IMG/VR virus record: IMGVR_UViG_3300021197_001489
Location: 124,001-188,000 of that record
Length of the DNA: 64,000 nt
Reading direction: 5' to 3' (one strand)
The notes beneath the pieces are model-generated. The model saw only the letters and a list, made by a program, of their open reading frames with translations. It was not told where the DNA came from and did not search any database. Positions within the stretch are counted from its first letter, which is position 1. Every line of letters begins with the position of its first letter. The position numbers were made by a program, and so were the translations under genes. Below are positions 9,644 through 18,375 of the stretch, one piece after another.

Positions 9644-10187
9644 ATTTACAGGCAAATGATAACTAGCATAAACACTTATGCACAGGCACACTCAGAGCAA
9701 TGCTCAACTTTCTCTTTTAAATTTCCCAGCTAACATCGGAACACTGATTGGTCGGAATAGTTCGACTCACCTTGCAGTCTGCCAGCAGAAATGTTGTAGC
9801 CGTCAGAACTGGTGCGTTCCAAGGACATAGCTAACTATAGGCTAAAATGACATGGGCTCTGTGAAACAGATACAACCCATGCCCGAAGATACTTTGCTTG
9901 AAGGGGTATACAAGGGTTCCGTTGCGAGTCAAGGCTAGAGTAGGAGGTACAGCGTAACCGCCTCCGTACACAATTGTAATCTCTTTATTCAAGTGACTGA
10001 CACGACTCAGATGATGACTTTCAGTTTATGCTTGCCCTGTGTAAGGGCAAGTATGACCAAAAAATCTAGATGATAACGGAACGCTTCGCTTTGCTCGCGT
10101 GTTAACAGTATTGCTGAGCGTTAGCGATAGCAATAGATGTCTTTAGACATCTCGATAAGTTATTATTAAAACTTTGTGATTGTTATT
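9644..10187 (+). ncRNA. Candidate large structured ncRNA (unknown family)
   Basis: ~540 nt with no ORF of 60 aa or more in an otherwise gene-dense genome. It has about ten stems, a GAAA tetraloop, G-U pairs and long-range pairings (see findings). Strand is inferred from operon direction. Confidence 0.55.
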
Positions 10188-10511
10188 TTAGTATTGGTCT
10201 GGCCAATCTCTATATAGCAAATGTTGAATTGTTTCCATATCAACCATTTGGTTAAAGCCGTGATGCTTTTCTTCGATGTTGTCTGTGTCTGTAACCACAT
10301 GCTTCATGGCATCGTCAAGGTCTTGCATGTTTTTGAATTCCATGTCAATGCGCCACTCACCAACATCCATGCTCCTGAAGCCCAGTTTCATTCTGGTAAT
10401 ACGATAGCTTTGCATGGTAGGCAGTGCATCCAAGAACTTTTTCATATTGGTTACAAATTCATGTGGGTTAACGCCTTCTTTTACGTCACAGTAGATAGTG
10501 TAAACGTCCAT
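10188..10511 (-). CDS. Small alpha/beta-barrel-like protein (recalls DUF6614-type proteins)
   Basis: 'MDVYTIYCD...YRITRMKLGF...LYRDWPD'; family call from memory, unverified. Confidence 0.5.
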   Translation of the reverse strand: MDVYTIYCDVKEGVNPHEFVTNMKKFLDALPTMQSYRITRMKLGFRSMDVGEWRIDMEFKNMQDLDDAMKHVVTDTDNIEEKHHGFNQMVDMETIQHLLYRDWPDQY

Positions 10512-10963
10512 TATTTGACTCCTAAGTTGTCTGATGGAAATATTGTGAATCCATCTATTTGTTTCTTGTATTCATGTGCTTCGCCTAGTATTATCAACTC
10601 GTAACCCAACTCTTTGTATATTGCACATTCGGTTTTCATACTAGCAATGCCCAGTTTCAGTTTTGGATTGCGATAATCCCATGCAAACTGTAGAGCTTCA
10701 ACTGCTCGATTGTTTATCTTGTACATCATACTCCAGGCAACAAGGTCGTTGTTGTCGTAGTATGCTATTATGTCGTTGTGTTCTGCTACAAACTCTTCTT
10801 GATAGATTGGCCACACACTTTTGAATTTTTTATAATCAGCATACTGTTGATAGATTGTGAGCATTTGACTGGTTTTGGCATATCTTTCGTCTTGCAACAA
10901 TATCTTGTGATTGGTTTCTGCTGTGTAGTCAGTATCTGCGAGGTTTATGTAGCAGTAAGTCAT
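10511..10963 (-). CDS. GNAT-fold protein resembling the C-terminal domain of aminoacyl-tRNA-protein transferases (ATE/Bpt-like)
   Basis: 'IAYYDNNDLVAWS...QFAWDYRNPKLKLG...E...KELGYELIILGEAHEYK'. Confidence 0.55.
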   Translation of the reverse strand: MTYCYINLADTDYTAETNHKILLQDERYAKTSQMLTIYQQYADYKKFKSVWPIYQEEFVAEHNDIIAYYDNNDLVAWSMMYKINNRAVEALQFAWDYRNPKLKLGIASMKTECAIYKELGYELIILGEAHEYKKQIDGFTIFPSDNLGVK

Positions 10964-11460
10964 CTTGGGTCTTCTCTGTTTGTAAACAAACCTTGCAAAT
11001 ACTGTTCATCCCAGCCATTGTAAAAACCTTTTTTACCAAGCAGCTTGGCATGACTGTGTAATTTGCTGAGGCTTTGCACCAATGCTAGTGCATACTTACC
11101 CTGATTGAACTGTACCCCTTTGACCATTTCTACATTTTCTGGATGATCAGCCAGTGCCAACATGTCTATGGGTACCAGTGTTTCTTCGTTGATGCTGTCA
11201 ACTGCATCTTCAAAATCGTCTGGTGCATACCCTTGTGGATTGTATGCATAAATGTACACATCTTGGTCTCCCATGCCTTCTTGTGCAACATCTAGCATGT
11301 CAGCGTACAAATCTGTTCCGATACGCACAGTGTACTTGTTTTCCAGACGTGCTTTTCTGGCATAAGGGCATGGTGCCCAGTTGCCCAGTGCAGGATGCGG
11401 CACTTCTACAAAGTTGATCAACCAAGATTCAATGTCAGCTTTTACGTCATCTATTACCAA
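10960..11460 (-). CDS. DUF1415-like protein
   Basis: 'W...FVE......LGNWAPCPYARKA' and 'ADHP' resemble the family's CPFA and FHP motifs. Confidence 0.5.
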   Translation of the reverse strand: MVIDDVKADIESWLINFVEVPHPALGNWAPCPYARKARLENKYTVRIGTDLYADMLDVAQEGMGDQDVYIYAYNPQGYAPDDFEDAVDSINEETLVPIDMLALADHPENVEMVKGVQFNQGKYALALVQSLSKLHSHAKLLGKKGFYNGWDEQYLQGLFTNREDPR

Positions 11461-11630
11461 AACGGTTGTCCAGTCTTTTTTGCAGTCTCAAGGTTCTCTT
11501 TGATTAACTTGCCCATTGATTCGCGTTCACTTACGCTCATTTGTACAATCTCACTGTAAGTCACACCACCTCGCATAAACCAGCAAATCTTGAGCATGTC
11601 TTCTTTGAGGCCCTTAACTTCTTTGTCCAT
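11454..11630 (-). CDS. Small baseplate/tail assembly chaperone-like ORF (gp51- or gpT-like); possibly made mainly as a frameshift extension
   Basis: 'ICWFMRGGVTYSEIVQMSVSERE'. The ATG at 11630 has a weak RBS, and the frame stays open upstream across the gp26-like stop. Confidence 0.6.
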   Translation of the reverse strand: MDKEVKGLKEDMLKICWFMRGGVTYSEIVQMSVSERESMGKLIKENLETAKKTGQPFW

Positions 11631-11677
11631 CTTTTCAACTATGTGTTCAATTTCGTCGGGGGATGATGTTAAGAGCC

Positions 11678-12514
11678 TTATACGAAAAAATTTGCAACAT
11701 TCATTGTGAATGGTGTGTCGTATTCGTGTTTGCAATCTGCACAAGTAATATGCAGCGGTTCTACTGCGCCAGTTTGCTTGATGTCTTCAATTTTCTTGCG
11801 AATCTTATCAAATGCTTTGCTTTCGCAGTTGCGAATGTATTCTTCAATGTGGTCTTTGTCCACAACAAGGTCATCACCAGCTTTGATCATGCTAATGCTT
11901 TGGGAAATGGCACTCAGTGTTAAATGACTGATATTTGTGAATGCTTGTTGTAACAGTTCTAGTTTTTCAGATTCAGGAATTTCCGCGGTTGGCAGCGTCT
12001 CTAACATTTTTTGGTCTTGAAACTGTGCAGAGTTGTTTTCGTTTTGTTCTTTGTAGGTAAGTGGGCGAAAGTGTATTTCGACATCTCCTGCAACAACTGG
12101 CTGTGAAAAGTCTGGTGACTTTATCCGTTCCATAATATCTCTTAGATCAATAGCAAAGTTGTTTTCTTCTTCACATTTTGGACACTTGCTGGTAAATTCC
12201 ATTTCATGCCCATAACTGGCTATTCTCATAGCAATCAACAGTGTGTCAAGATCCAATGTACTGGTCTGCCAAGCGTCTTTGTATGCAGGAACACAGCTTT
12301 CAATAACACTGGCAATGGCACTGCCGTTAAACAGCGCATCAGCAGTTCTATATGTAATCTCATCCAGTGCTGTCATTGGGTAGATTGGCAATTCGCCGTT
12401 TTCTGGCATTGTCAACTGTGACTCGTCATTGAAGGCGCCGCCACTGGGTAACTTGATATAGATGCTGGGTTGCCTGAAATGTTTTGCCAGCGGATTTGGG
12501 TTAGTGTTTGACAT
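11678..12514 (-). CDS. gp26: Baseplate hub assembly protein (T4 gp26-like)
   Basis: 'NPLAKHFRQPSIYIKLPSGG...MTALDE', two CxxC pairs (CPKC, CADC); likely ATG at 12514. Confidence 0.8.
   Translation of the reverse strand: MSNTNPNPLAKHFRQPSIYIKLPSGGAFNDESQLTMPENGELPIYPMTALDEITYRTADALFNGSAIASVIESCVPAYKDAWQTSTLDLDTLLIAMRIASYGHEMEFTSKCPKCEEENNFAIDLRDIMERIKSPDFSQPVVAGDVEIHFRPLTYKEQNENNSAQFQDQKMLETLPTAEIPESEKLELLQQAFTNISHLTLSAISQSISMIKAGDDLVVDKDHIEEYIRNCESKAFDKIRKKIEDIKQTGAVEPLHITCADCKHEYDTPFTMNVANFFV
11684..11693 (-). promoter_or_regulatory. Putative -1 programmed frameshift site (A AAT TTT TTC)
   Basis: Two overlapping X XXY YYZ heptamers in the correct phase, ending one codon before the gp26-like stop; the -1 frame is open for 76 more codons. 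Confidence 0.6.
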
Positions 12515-12580
12515 GTTTTTTCCTACCATAAATATATGTATAACGTACTTATACGACGTAAAAATGGGCAAAAATTAAAT

Positions 12581-14668
12581 ATGGATGAAGAAAGCAACAG
12601 ATTACTTGCAGAAGTTTTAGCAGAACTGAAAAAATCAGGCGGCGATGCTAATGCTCCTGGTGCTGCAAAAGCTATAAAAGATATGAATGCTTATTCAATG
12701 GCGCAAACTCGCGGCACCAAAGCCACTGACGCTAATACAAAATCAACTGACAAGAATACTACTGCTAGCGGCGCGGCAGCCAAAGGGCTGTACAAAATGT
12801 CAACTGGCGCCGCTGATGCTACGAGAACATTCGTAGAAGCAGCCGGTTCTGTTAGAGAAAACAGAGAAAATTTTGAAAGTTTAAATCCTGCTATTAAGTT
12901 GACAGGCAATGCTGTCAGCATGGTAGGCAAGGGTGCTGGCTTAGCTGCCGATGCACTGGGAGATGCAGTGCCTGTAATTGGCAGCTTTATCAGTGCCGGT
13001 GGAAAAATGGCGGCTGCAATTACGCAAGCAGCCGGAGAAATTATCAACACTGTAGGACCTATGCTCACAGCAGAATTGCAACGTGCAAGTGAGGCATTTA
13101 GAGCTGCTGGTTCAGTTGGTGCGCTTGGTGCAGACGGACTGTCTGGGCTTGCCAAGCAGTCTATCCAAGCAGGATTGAGTTTTAGTACATTCAGTAAAGT
13201 TGCTGCAGAAGGCGCAGAAGGATTAACATTTGCATTTGGTGACAGTGCAACTGGTGTAAAGCGTTTTGCTGATGCTTCAGAAGCAATGCGTCCGTTTAGA
13301 CGCGGTTTGTTAGCAATGGGTGTAAGTGCTGAAAGCCAAAATGAACTTACAGCCAAGTATATTCAGCTACAAGCCAGGCAAGGCAATATAGAAGGTAGAA
13401 GTTCTAGAGATCTTGCTCAAGGATCAGCAAATTATATCAAACAGTTGACAGCGTTAAGCAGACTCACTGGTAAAAGTGTTGATGAGCAACAAAAAGCCAT
13501 GGATGAACAGATGCGCAACGTGCGTATGGCAGCCGCAGTCGCTGACGTACAAAGCAGACTAGGTGAAGATGCTGCCAATGCAATGAAAAACACCACAGCG
13601 GCTATAACTTCGATGGCTCCTAACATTGGCAAAGGCTTGCAGGATGCACTCAGTGGCAACTTAGGCACAGAAGCTGCACAAGAATTCCAGCTAGCAGCAG
13701 GCGAAATGGGTGCGCAAGCAGTTGATATGTTGCGCAAGGGAACGATCACTCAAGAAGAAGCTACTGCAATGATCCAAGAGGGTGTCAAAAAGCAAGCGGA
13801 AGCCATTGGCGGCCCAGCTACCATTGGTTCAATTGCAGGATTAGGCACAGCGTTTGACAATGTGTTAGGCGATATGCTCTCAATGGGACAGAGAACCACA
13901 TTAACTGCCTCGCAGATTGAAAATCTTGGTACACAACAGGAAAACTTAGCAAACACCACAGACGCTACAACCAGTTCAATGATTGATGCAAATGAAAGCA
14001 TGCTGAAAGCTGCAACAGCTCTTGACGAATTAGCATTAGGAACCACATTGCCACTAGCTGCTAAAGGCATTGATGTGTTTACCGATGGCATGGTGGTAGC
14101 AACAAAAGCCATGCTGGAGTTTGCTGGACTGAGTCCAGAAGAAATTGAGGCTAAACTAGGTGACGACGCCAAAGAAGCTGGTGGAAACTTTGTAGACGAA
14201 AACAAAGCTGAACTAATCGGTGCTGGTATTGGAACGGTTGTAGGTGGTGCAATTGGACTATTAGGCGGCCCACTTGGTGTAGCTGTTGGAGCAAGTGTTG
14301 GAGCATCACTTGGCGGTATATTTGGGGGTTTCTTCGGCGGCAATAGAGCTGTTGGTGGACCAGTTGATTCTGGAAAAATGTATGTGGTTGGTGAACAAGG
14401 CCCAGAGATTCTTCTAAGTGGAGCATCCGGAACAGTTGTACCAGCTACTGCCGGTCCAGCAGGCGGGTATAACAGCCCAGATCTTGGCAGTGCTGTATCA
14501 AGTTCACTAGGGACAGCACAGTCAGCAACTGCCGCAGCAGGTGGATCAGCTGGTGGCGCAAACAATGCACTCATGGAAGCCAGTGTAAACAGACTGGATC
14601 AACTTGTATCGGCTATGAGTCGCAACAACGACATCAACACCAAAATACTTCAAGCAGCGCATCGATAA
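12581..14668 (+). CDS. Tape measure protein-like
   Basis: Ala/Gly/Gln-rich helical protein of 695 aa with C-terminal 'RAVGGPV...YVVGEQGPE' motif; ATAAATA promoter at 12528-12534. Confidence 0.75.
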   Translation: MDEESNRLLAEVLAELKKSGGDANAPGAAKAIKDMNAYSMAQTRGTKATDANTKSTDKNTTASGAAAKGLYKMSTGAADATRTFVEAAGSVRENRENFESLNPAIKLTGNAVSMVGKGAGLAADALGDAVPVIGSFISAGGKMAAAITQAAGEIINTVGPMLTAELQRASEAFRAAGSVGALGADGLSGLAKQSIQAGLSFSTFSKVAAEGAEGLTFAFGDSATGVKRFADASEAMRPFRRGLLAMGVSAESQNELTAKYIQLQARQGNIEGRSSRDLAQGSANYIKQLTALSRLTGKSVDEQQKAMDEQMRNVRMAAAVADVQSRLGEDAANAMKNTTAAITSMAPNIGKGLQDALSGNLGTEAAQEFQLAAGEMGAQAVDMLRKGTITQEEATAMIQEGVKKQAEAIGGPATIGSIAGLGTAFDNVLGDMLSMGQRTTLTASQIENLGTQQENLANTTDATTSSMIDANESMLKAATALDELALGTTLPLAAKGIDVFTDGMVVATKAMLEFAGLSPEEIEAKLGDDAKEAGGNFVDENKAELIGAGIGTVVGGAIGLLGGPLGVAVGASVGASLGGIFGGFFGGNRAVGGPVDSGKMYVVGEQGPEILLSGASGTVVPATAGPAGGYNSPDLGSAVSSSLGTAQSATAAAGGSAGGANNALMEASVNRLDQLVSAMSRNNDINTKILQAAHR

Positions 14669-14713
14669 CGATAAATACTCTTGTTAACAGCAATGCGCAT
14701 TGGAAAATAATAT

Positions 14714-16459
14714 ATGTCTTGGAAAAAATACTTTAAAGTTGTAGACAACGCAGGCGGACAACTTTCTCCTATAAGCGGACAAAACAACCGTGGTCCAAGT
14801 TATGGATCTGGCGGTTCAGGTGGACAGTTTGGTTTTAAAAACTATCAAAGCCATTTGCCTGAAGTATACTCAGGACATCCTAATAGAATTGAACGCTATA
14901 ATCAATATGAAAACATGGATAGCGACAGTGAAATCAATGCCTGCTTGGATATTATCTCAGAGTTTAGCACACAAACAAACGAAAGCAACAACACACCGTT
15001 TGAAGTTGAGTTTACAGACACTCCAACAAACAACGAAGTTGAAATTATTCGCAAGCAGTTGCAACAGTGGACCAAGCTAAACAAATTTGATCAACGAATG
15101 TTCCGCATCTTTCGCAACACGCTGAAGTATGGAGATCAAGTGTTTGTGCGTGATCCAGAAACATTTGAACTGTACTGGGTCGACATGACCAAAGTGGTGC
15201 GTGTCATTGTAAATGAAAACGAAGGCAAACTTCCTGAGCAGTATGTTATTAGAGACATCAATCCCAACTTTCAAAATATGAGCATTGCGCCTAAACAAAC
15301 CACCGACTATGGCACTGGCACAAATTCAGGACAAATTATTGGCACTGGCGGCAGCAACATGGGCGGCTCAAACTATACCGTACCAAATATGCCCAGTGGG
15401 CAAAGTAGATTTGAACACACTGTAAACGAAACAGTCATTGATGCTAAAAATATTGTGCATCTTGGTCTCAGTGAAGGTTTGGATTTTTTCTGGCCGTTCA
15501 GCCAAAGTGTGCTAGAAATGATATTCAAAGTGTTCAAGCAAAAAGAACTGCTTGAAGATTCAATACTGATATATCGTGTGCAACGTGCGCCAGAGCGCAG
15601 AGTGTTTTACATTGACGTAGGCAATATGCCAAGTCATCTTGCTATGCAGTTTGTGGAGCGTGTGAAAAACGAAGTTCACCAAAGACGTATTCCAAATCAG
15701 CAAGGCGGACAAGCCGGCACTACAATGGATACCACATACAATCCGCTTTCAATCAATGAAGATTACTTCTTTCCGCAGACAGCAGAAGGCAGAGGTTCAA
15801 AAGTTGAAACATTACCCGGTGGTGAAAATCTTGGACAGATTGATGATTTAAAATACTTCAATAACAAGATGTGCAGAGGCCTGCGTGTTCCTAGCAGCTA
15901 CTTGCCAACTGGTCCAGATGATAGCGATCGTCCAATGAATGATGGTCGTGTTGGCACAGCACTTATACAAGAATACAGATTCAATCAGTACTGTGAAAGA
16001 CTGCAAAAGCAGGTTATACAACATCTTGATGATGAATTCAAAATGTTTATGCGTTGGAGAGGCTTTAATATTGACAACAGTCTGTTTGCAATTAAGTTTG
16101 CAGCACCGCAAAACTTTGCCAGTTATCGTCAAGCTGAGCTTGATACAACAAGAATGCAGGCATTTAGCGCATTAGAACAATTGCCCTATATGAGCAAGCG
16201 TTTTCTCATGAAGCGTTACTTGGGATTGACTGACGATGAACTGCAAGAAAACACAGAAATGTGGAGTGAAGAAACTGCACAGCCTGTTGACACACAGCCG
16301 GAAGGCAGTGATTTGCGTACAGTTGGTGTTAGCCCAGGTGATTTTGAAGGTGACATTGAAATGGGAGATGCTGTTAGCGCAGAAGCAGAAGGCGGCGAAG
16401 CAGTTGATGTCAATGTTGATATGGCTGCACCAGCAACACCAGAAGCACCGCCGGCATAA
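14714..16459 (+). CDS. gp20: Portal protein (T4 gp20)
   Basis: 'LLEDSILIYRVQRAPERRVFYIDVGNMP' and 'EDYFFPQTAEGRGSKVETLPGGENLG'; promoter ATAAATA at 14671-14677. Confidence 0.95.
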   Translation: MSWKKYFKVVDNAGGQLSPISGQNNRGPSYGSGGSGGQFGFKNYQSHLPEVYSGHPNRIERYNQYENMDSDSEINACLDIISEFSTQTNESNNTPFEVEFTDTPTNNEVEIIRKQLQQWTKLNKFDQRMFRIFRNTLKYGDQVFVRDPETFELYWVDMTKVVRVIVNENEGKLPEQYVIRDINPNFQNMSIAPKQTTDYGTGTNSGQIIGTGGSNMGGSNYTVPNMPSGQSRFEHTVNETVIDAKNIVHLGLSEGLDFFWPFSQSVLEMIFKVFKQKELLEDSILIYRVQRAPERRVFYIDVGNMPSHLAMQFVERVKNEVHQRRIPNQQGGQAGTTMDTTYNPLSINEDYFFPQTAEGRGSKVETLPGGENLGQIDDLKYFNNKMCRGLRVPSSYLPTGPDDSDRPMNDGRVGTALIQEYRFNQYCERLQKQVIQHLDDEFKMFMRWRGFNIDNSLFAIKFAAPQNFASYRQAELDTTRMQAFSALEQLPYMSKRFLMKRYLGLTDDELQENTEMWSEETAQPVDTQPEGSDLRTVGVSPGDFEGDIEMGDAVSAEAEGGEAVDVNVDMAAPATPEAPPA

Positions 16460-16467
16460 ATATTATT

Positions 16468-16683
16468 ATGAAACTATTTGAATTTTTTAATGCAGCACCA
16501 GAAGGCTACCAGGATTTAGAGGACGATAACTCTACACCCCAGCTTGGTGAACTGCGTAAGACCAAACTGACTCTGAAGCAAGTTTCCAAGTTGCGCAAAA
16601 TGTATGATATGCGTAATTATGAAAAAGAGCAAGACCTCAAGAAGATTCAGGCTCAGTTTGCACCACCACCACCGCAACTGTAG
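16468..16683 (+). CDS. Small head-region protein (gp67/68-like position)
   Basis: 71 aa, lies between portal and core genes, with its own ATAAATA at 16456-16462. Confidence 0.6.
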   Translation: MKLFEFFNAAPEGYQDLEDDNSTPQLGELRKTKLTLKQVSKLRKMYDMRNYEKEQDLKKIQAQFAPPPPQL

Positions 16684-16812
16684 GAATTTATTAGAGATTT
16701 TTTCTTTAGCATAATAAATTCTCCATTTTCTACCCATTTTACCCCTATAAGTACATAGTTTTTAACATTCGTGTTAAATATTACACTGAGCCAACACTTG
16801 GAGGAAAATTTT

Positions 16813-17727
16813 ATGAACAAATTTGAACAACTCATTGAATATGTCATCAACGATGACGAAAAGAATGCTGAGGCTCTTTTCCACGAGATCGTGGTAGAGA
16901 AGTCAAAAGACATTTACGAAGAAATTATGTCTGAAGAAGAAATTTCAGAAAAGAAACAAGGTTACAAGGATCGTGAAGATGAGCATCTAGGTGCTAAAGA
17001 CGGTGCTGAAAAAGACAAAGAACAGTCCATGAAAGATCGTAGAGACGACGAAATGGGCAAGCGCGGCAAGCGTGACGCAGAACATGACAACGATCAAAAA
17101 ATTGACGAAACTGACTTAGGTGGTTCGCAAGTTGATGATCTCATTGATGAAGTAGAAGCCGAAGAGCAAGGCGTTGCTTTTGAAGATGAAGAAGAAGAAA
17201 TTGCAATGATTGACGTTGACGTCGAAGACGATGATGACGAAGATCTAGAAGATCGTGTAGTTGGTCTTGAAGACAAGCTAGACGAACTAATGGCAGAGTT
17301 TGAAGATTTAATGGGTCAGGTTGACGACAACACTGACGATATTGAAGGCGAGCAAGATGAGATTTCAGACATTGATAGCGATACTGACATGGAGCAGGAC
17401 GAAATTGATGATATGCAAGCTCAAATGGATGAGCCAGTTGATGTAAATGTAGAAGTTGAAGGTTTGGAAGAGAACGTCGACTTGGTAGCGGCTCCAAAGC
17501 CAGTAACATCTACACCAGCTAGTAAGTCACCAGTTGCTGCAAACTCAGGTCAAGCAGGAATGGATGCACATCCAGTAGATTTTGATGATGGAAACAAAGG
17601 CGATCAAGGCCGTCCAACACCAAAGTACGTGGATCAAGGCAACACAACTCGTCCAGATGTAAAACCAGCTACTAAGCCGGATCTATCACAAGCTGCTGGT
17701 GTTAACACCAAAAGCCCGATATCATAA
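16813..17727 (+). CDS. Acidic prohead core protein
   Basis: Very Asp/Glu-rich; GGAGGA RBS before the ATG at 16813; sits directly before the protease gene. Confidence 0.7.
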   Translation: MNKFEQLIEYVINDDEKNAEALFHEIVVEKSKDIYEEIMSEEEISEKKQGYKDREDEHLGAKDGAEKDKEQSMKDRRDDEMGKRGKRDAEHDNDQKIDETDLGGSQVDDLIDEVEAEEQGVAFEDEEEEIAMIDVDVEDDDDEDLEDRVVGLEDKLDELMAEFEDLMGQVDDNTDDIEGEQDEISDIDSDTDMEQDEIDDMQAQMDEPVDVNVEVEGLEENVDLVAAPKPVTSTPASKSPVAANSGQAGMDAHPVDFDDGNKGDQGRPTPKYVDQGNTTRPDVKPATKPDLSQAAGVNTKSPIS

Positions 17728-17739
17728 GGATAACCTAGT

Positions 17740-18366
17740 ATGGCTCTGTACCTAAGAGAAAACCTTACCTTCGAAACCGCACAAATTCAACTTGTTGAAG
17801 GCAAAGACGGTAAGGATCTCTATATGGAGGGCATCTGCATACAAGGTGGTGTTAAAAATGCCAATGAGCGCATTTATCCTGTAAGTGAAATTGCTGATGC
17901 AGTAAAGACACTTAATGAACAAATCAAAGACGGAAACAGTGTTCTTGGTGAAGTAGATCACCCAGATGACCTTAAAATTAACCTAGACCGTGTGTGTCAC
18001 ATGATTACTAACATGTGGATGGACGGTCCTAACGGTTACGGAAAACTAAAGATACTCCCAACACCAATGGGCGAACTGGTTAAAACCATGCTGCAATCAG
18101 GTGTAAGATTGGGCGTATCAAGTCGCGGTTCAGGTAACGTGGACCCGCATAACGGACATGTCAGTGACTTTGAAATTGTCACTGTCGATGTGGTCGCACA
18201 ACCCAGTGCTCCAAATGCTTACCCTAAAGCGATCTATGAAGGATTGATGAACATGAAATACGGACATCAAATTCTTGAGATGGCTAGGGAGTCTGGGAAA
18301 GACGACAAAATACAAAAGTACTTGAAAGATGAGGTTTCTCGTCTTATCAAGGACCTAAAGATTTAG
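17740..18366 (+). CDS. gp21: Prohead protease (T4 gp21)
   Basis: 'KNANERIYP', 'LGEVDHP', 'LGVSSRGSG', 'DVVAQPSAPNAYP'. Confidence 0.95.
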   Translation: MALYLRENLTFETAQIQLVEGKDGKDLYMEGICIQGGVKNANERIYPVSEIADAVKTLNEQIKDGNSVLGEVDHPDDLKINLDRVCHMITNMWMDGPNGYGKLKILPTPMGELVKTMLQSGVRLGVSSRGSGNVDPHNGHVSDFEIVTVDVVAQPSAPNAYPKAIYEGLMNMKYGHQILEMARESGKDDKIQKYLKDEVSRLIKDLKI

Positions 18367-18375
18367 GAGAATCGC

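Noticed and set aside
9985-10082. TIGR-like or CRISPR-like array suggested by repeated AGATGAT / CTGA motifs
   Set aside because: Only two copies, with no regular repeat-spacer period.
9644-10187. Group I/II intron or tRNA cluster
   Set aside because: The region lies between complete convergent genes. I could not find group I P7, group II domain V or cloverleaf/T-loop signatures by eye.
16684-16721. Regulatory hairpin GAATTTATTA/TAATAAATTC
   Set aside because: All but one pair is A-T with a large loop in an AT-rich spacer, so it is plausibly chance.
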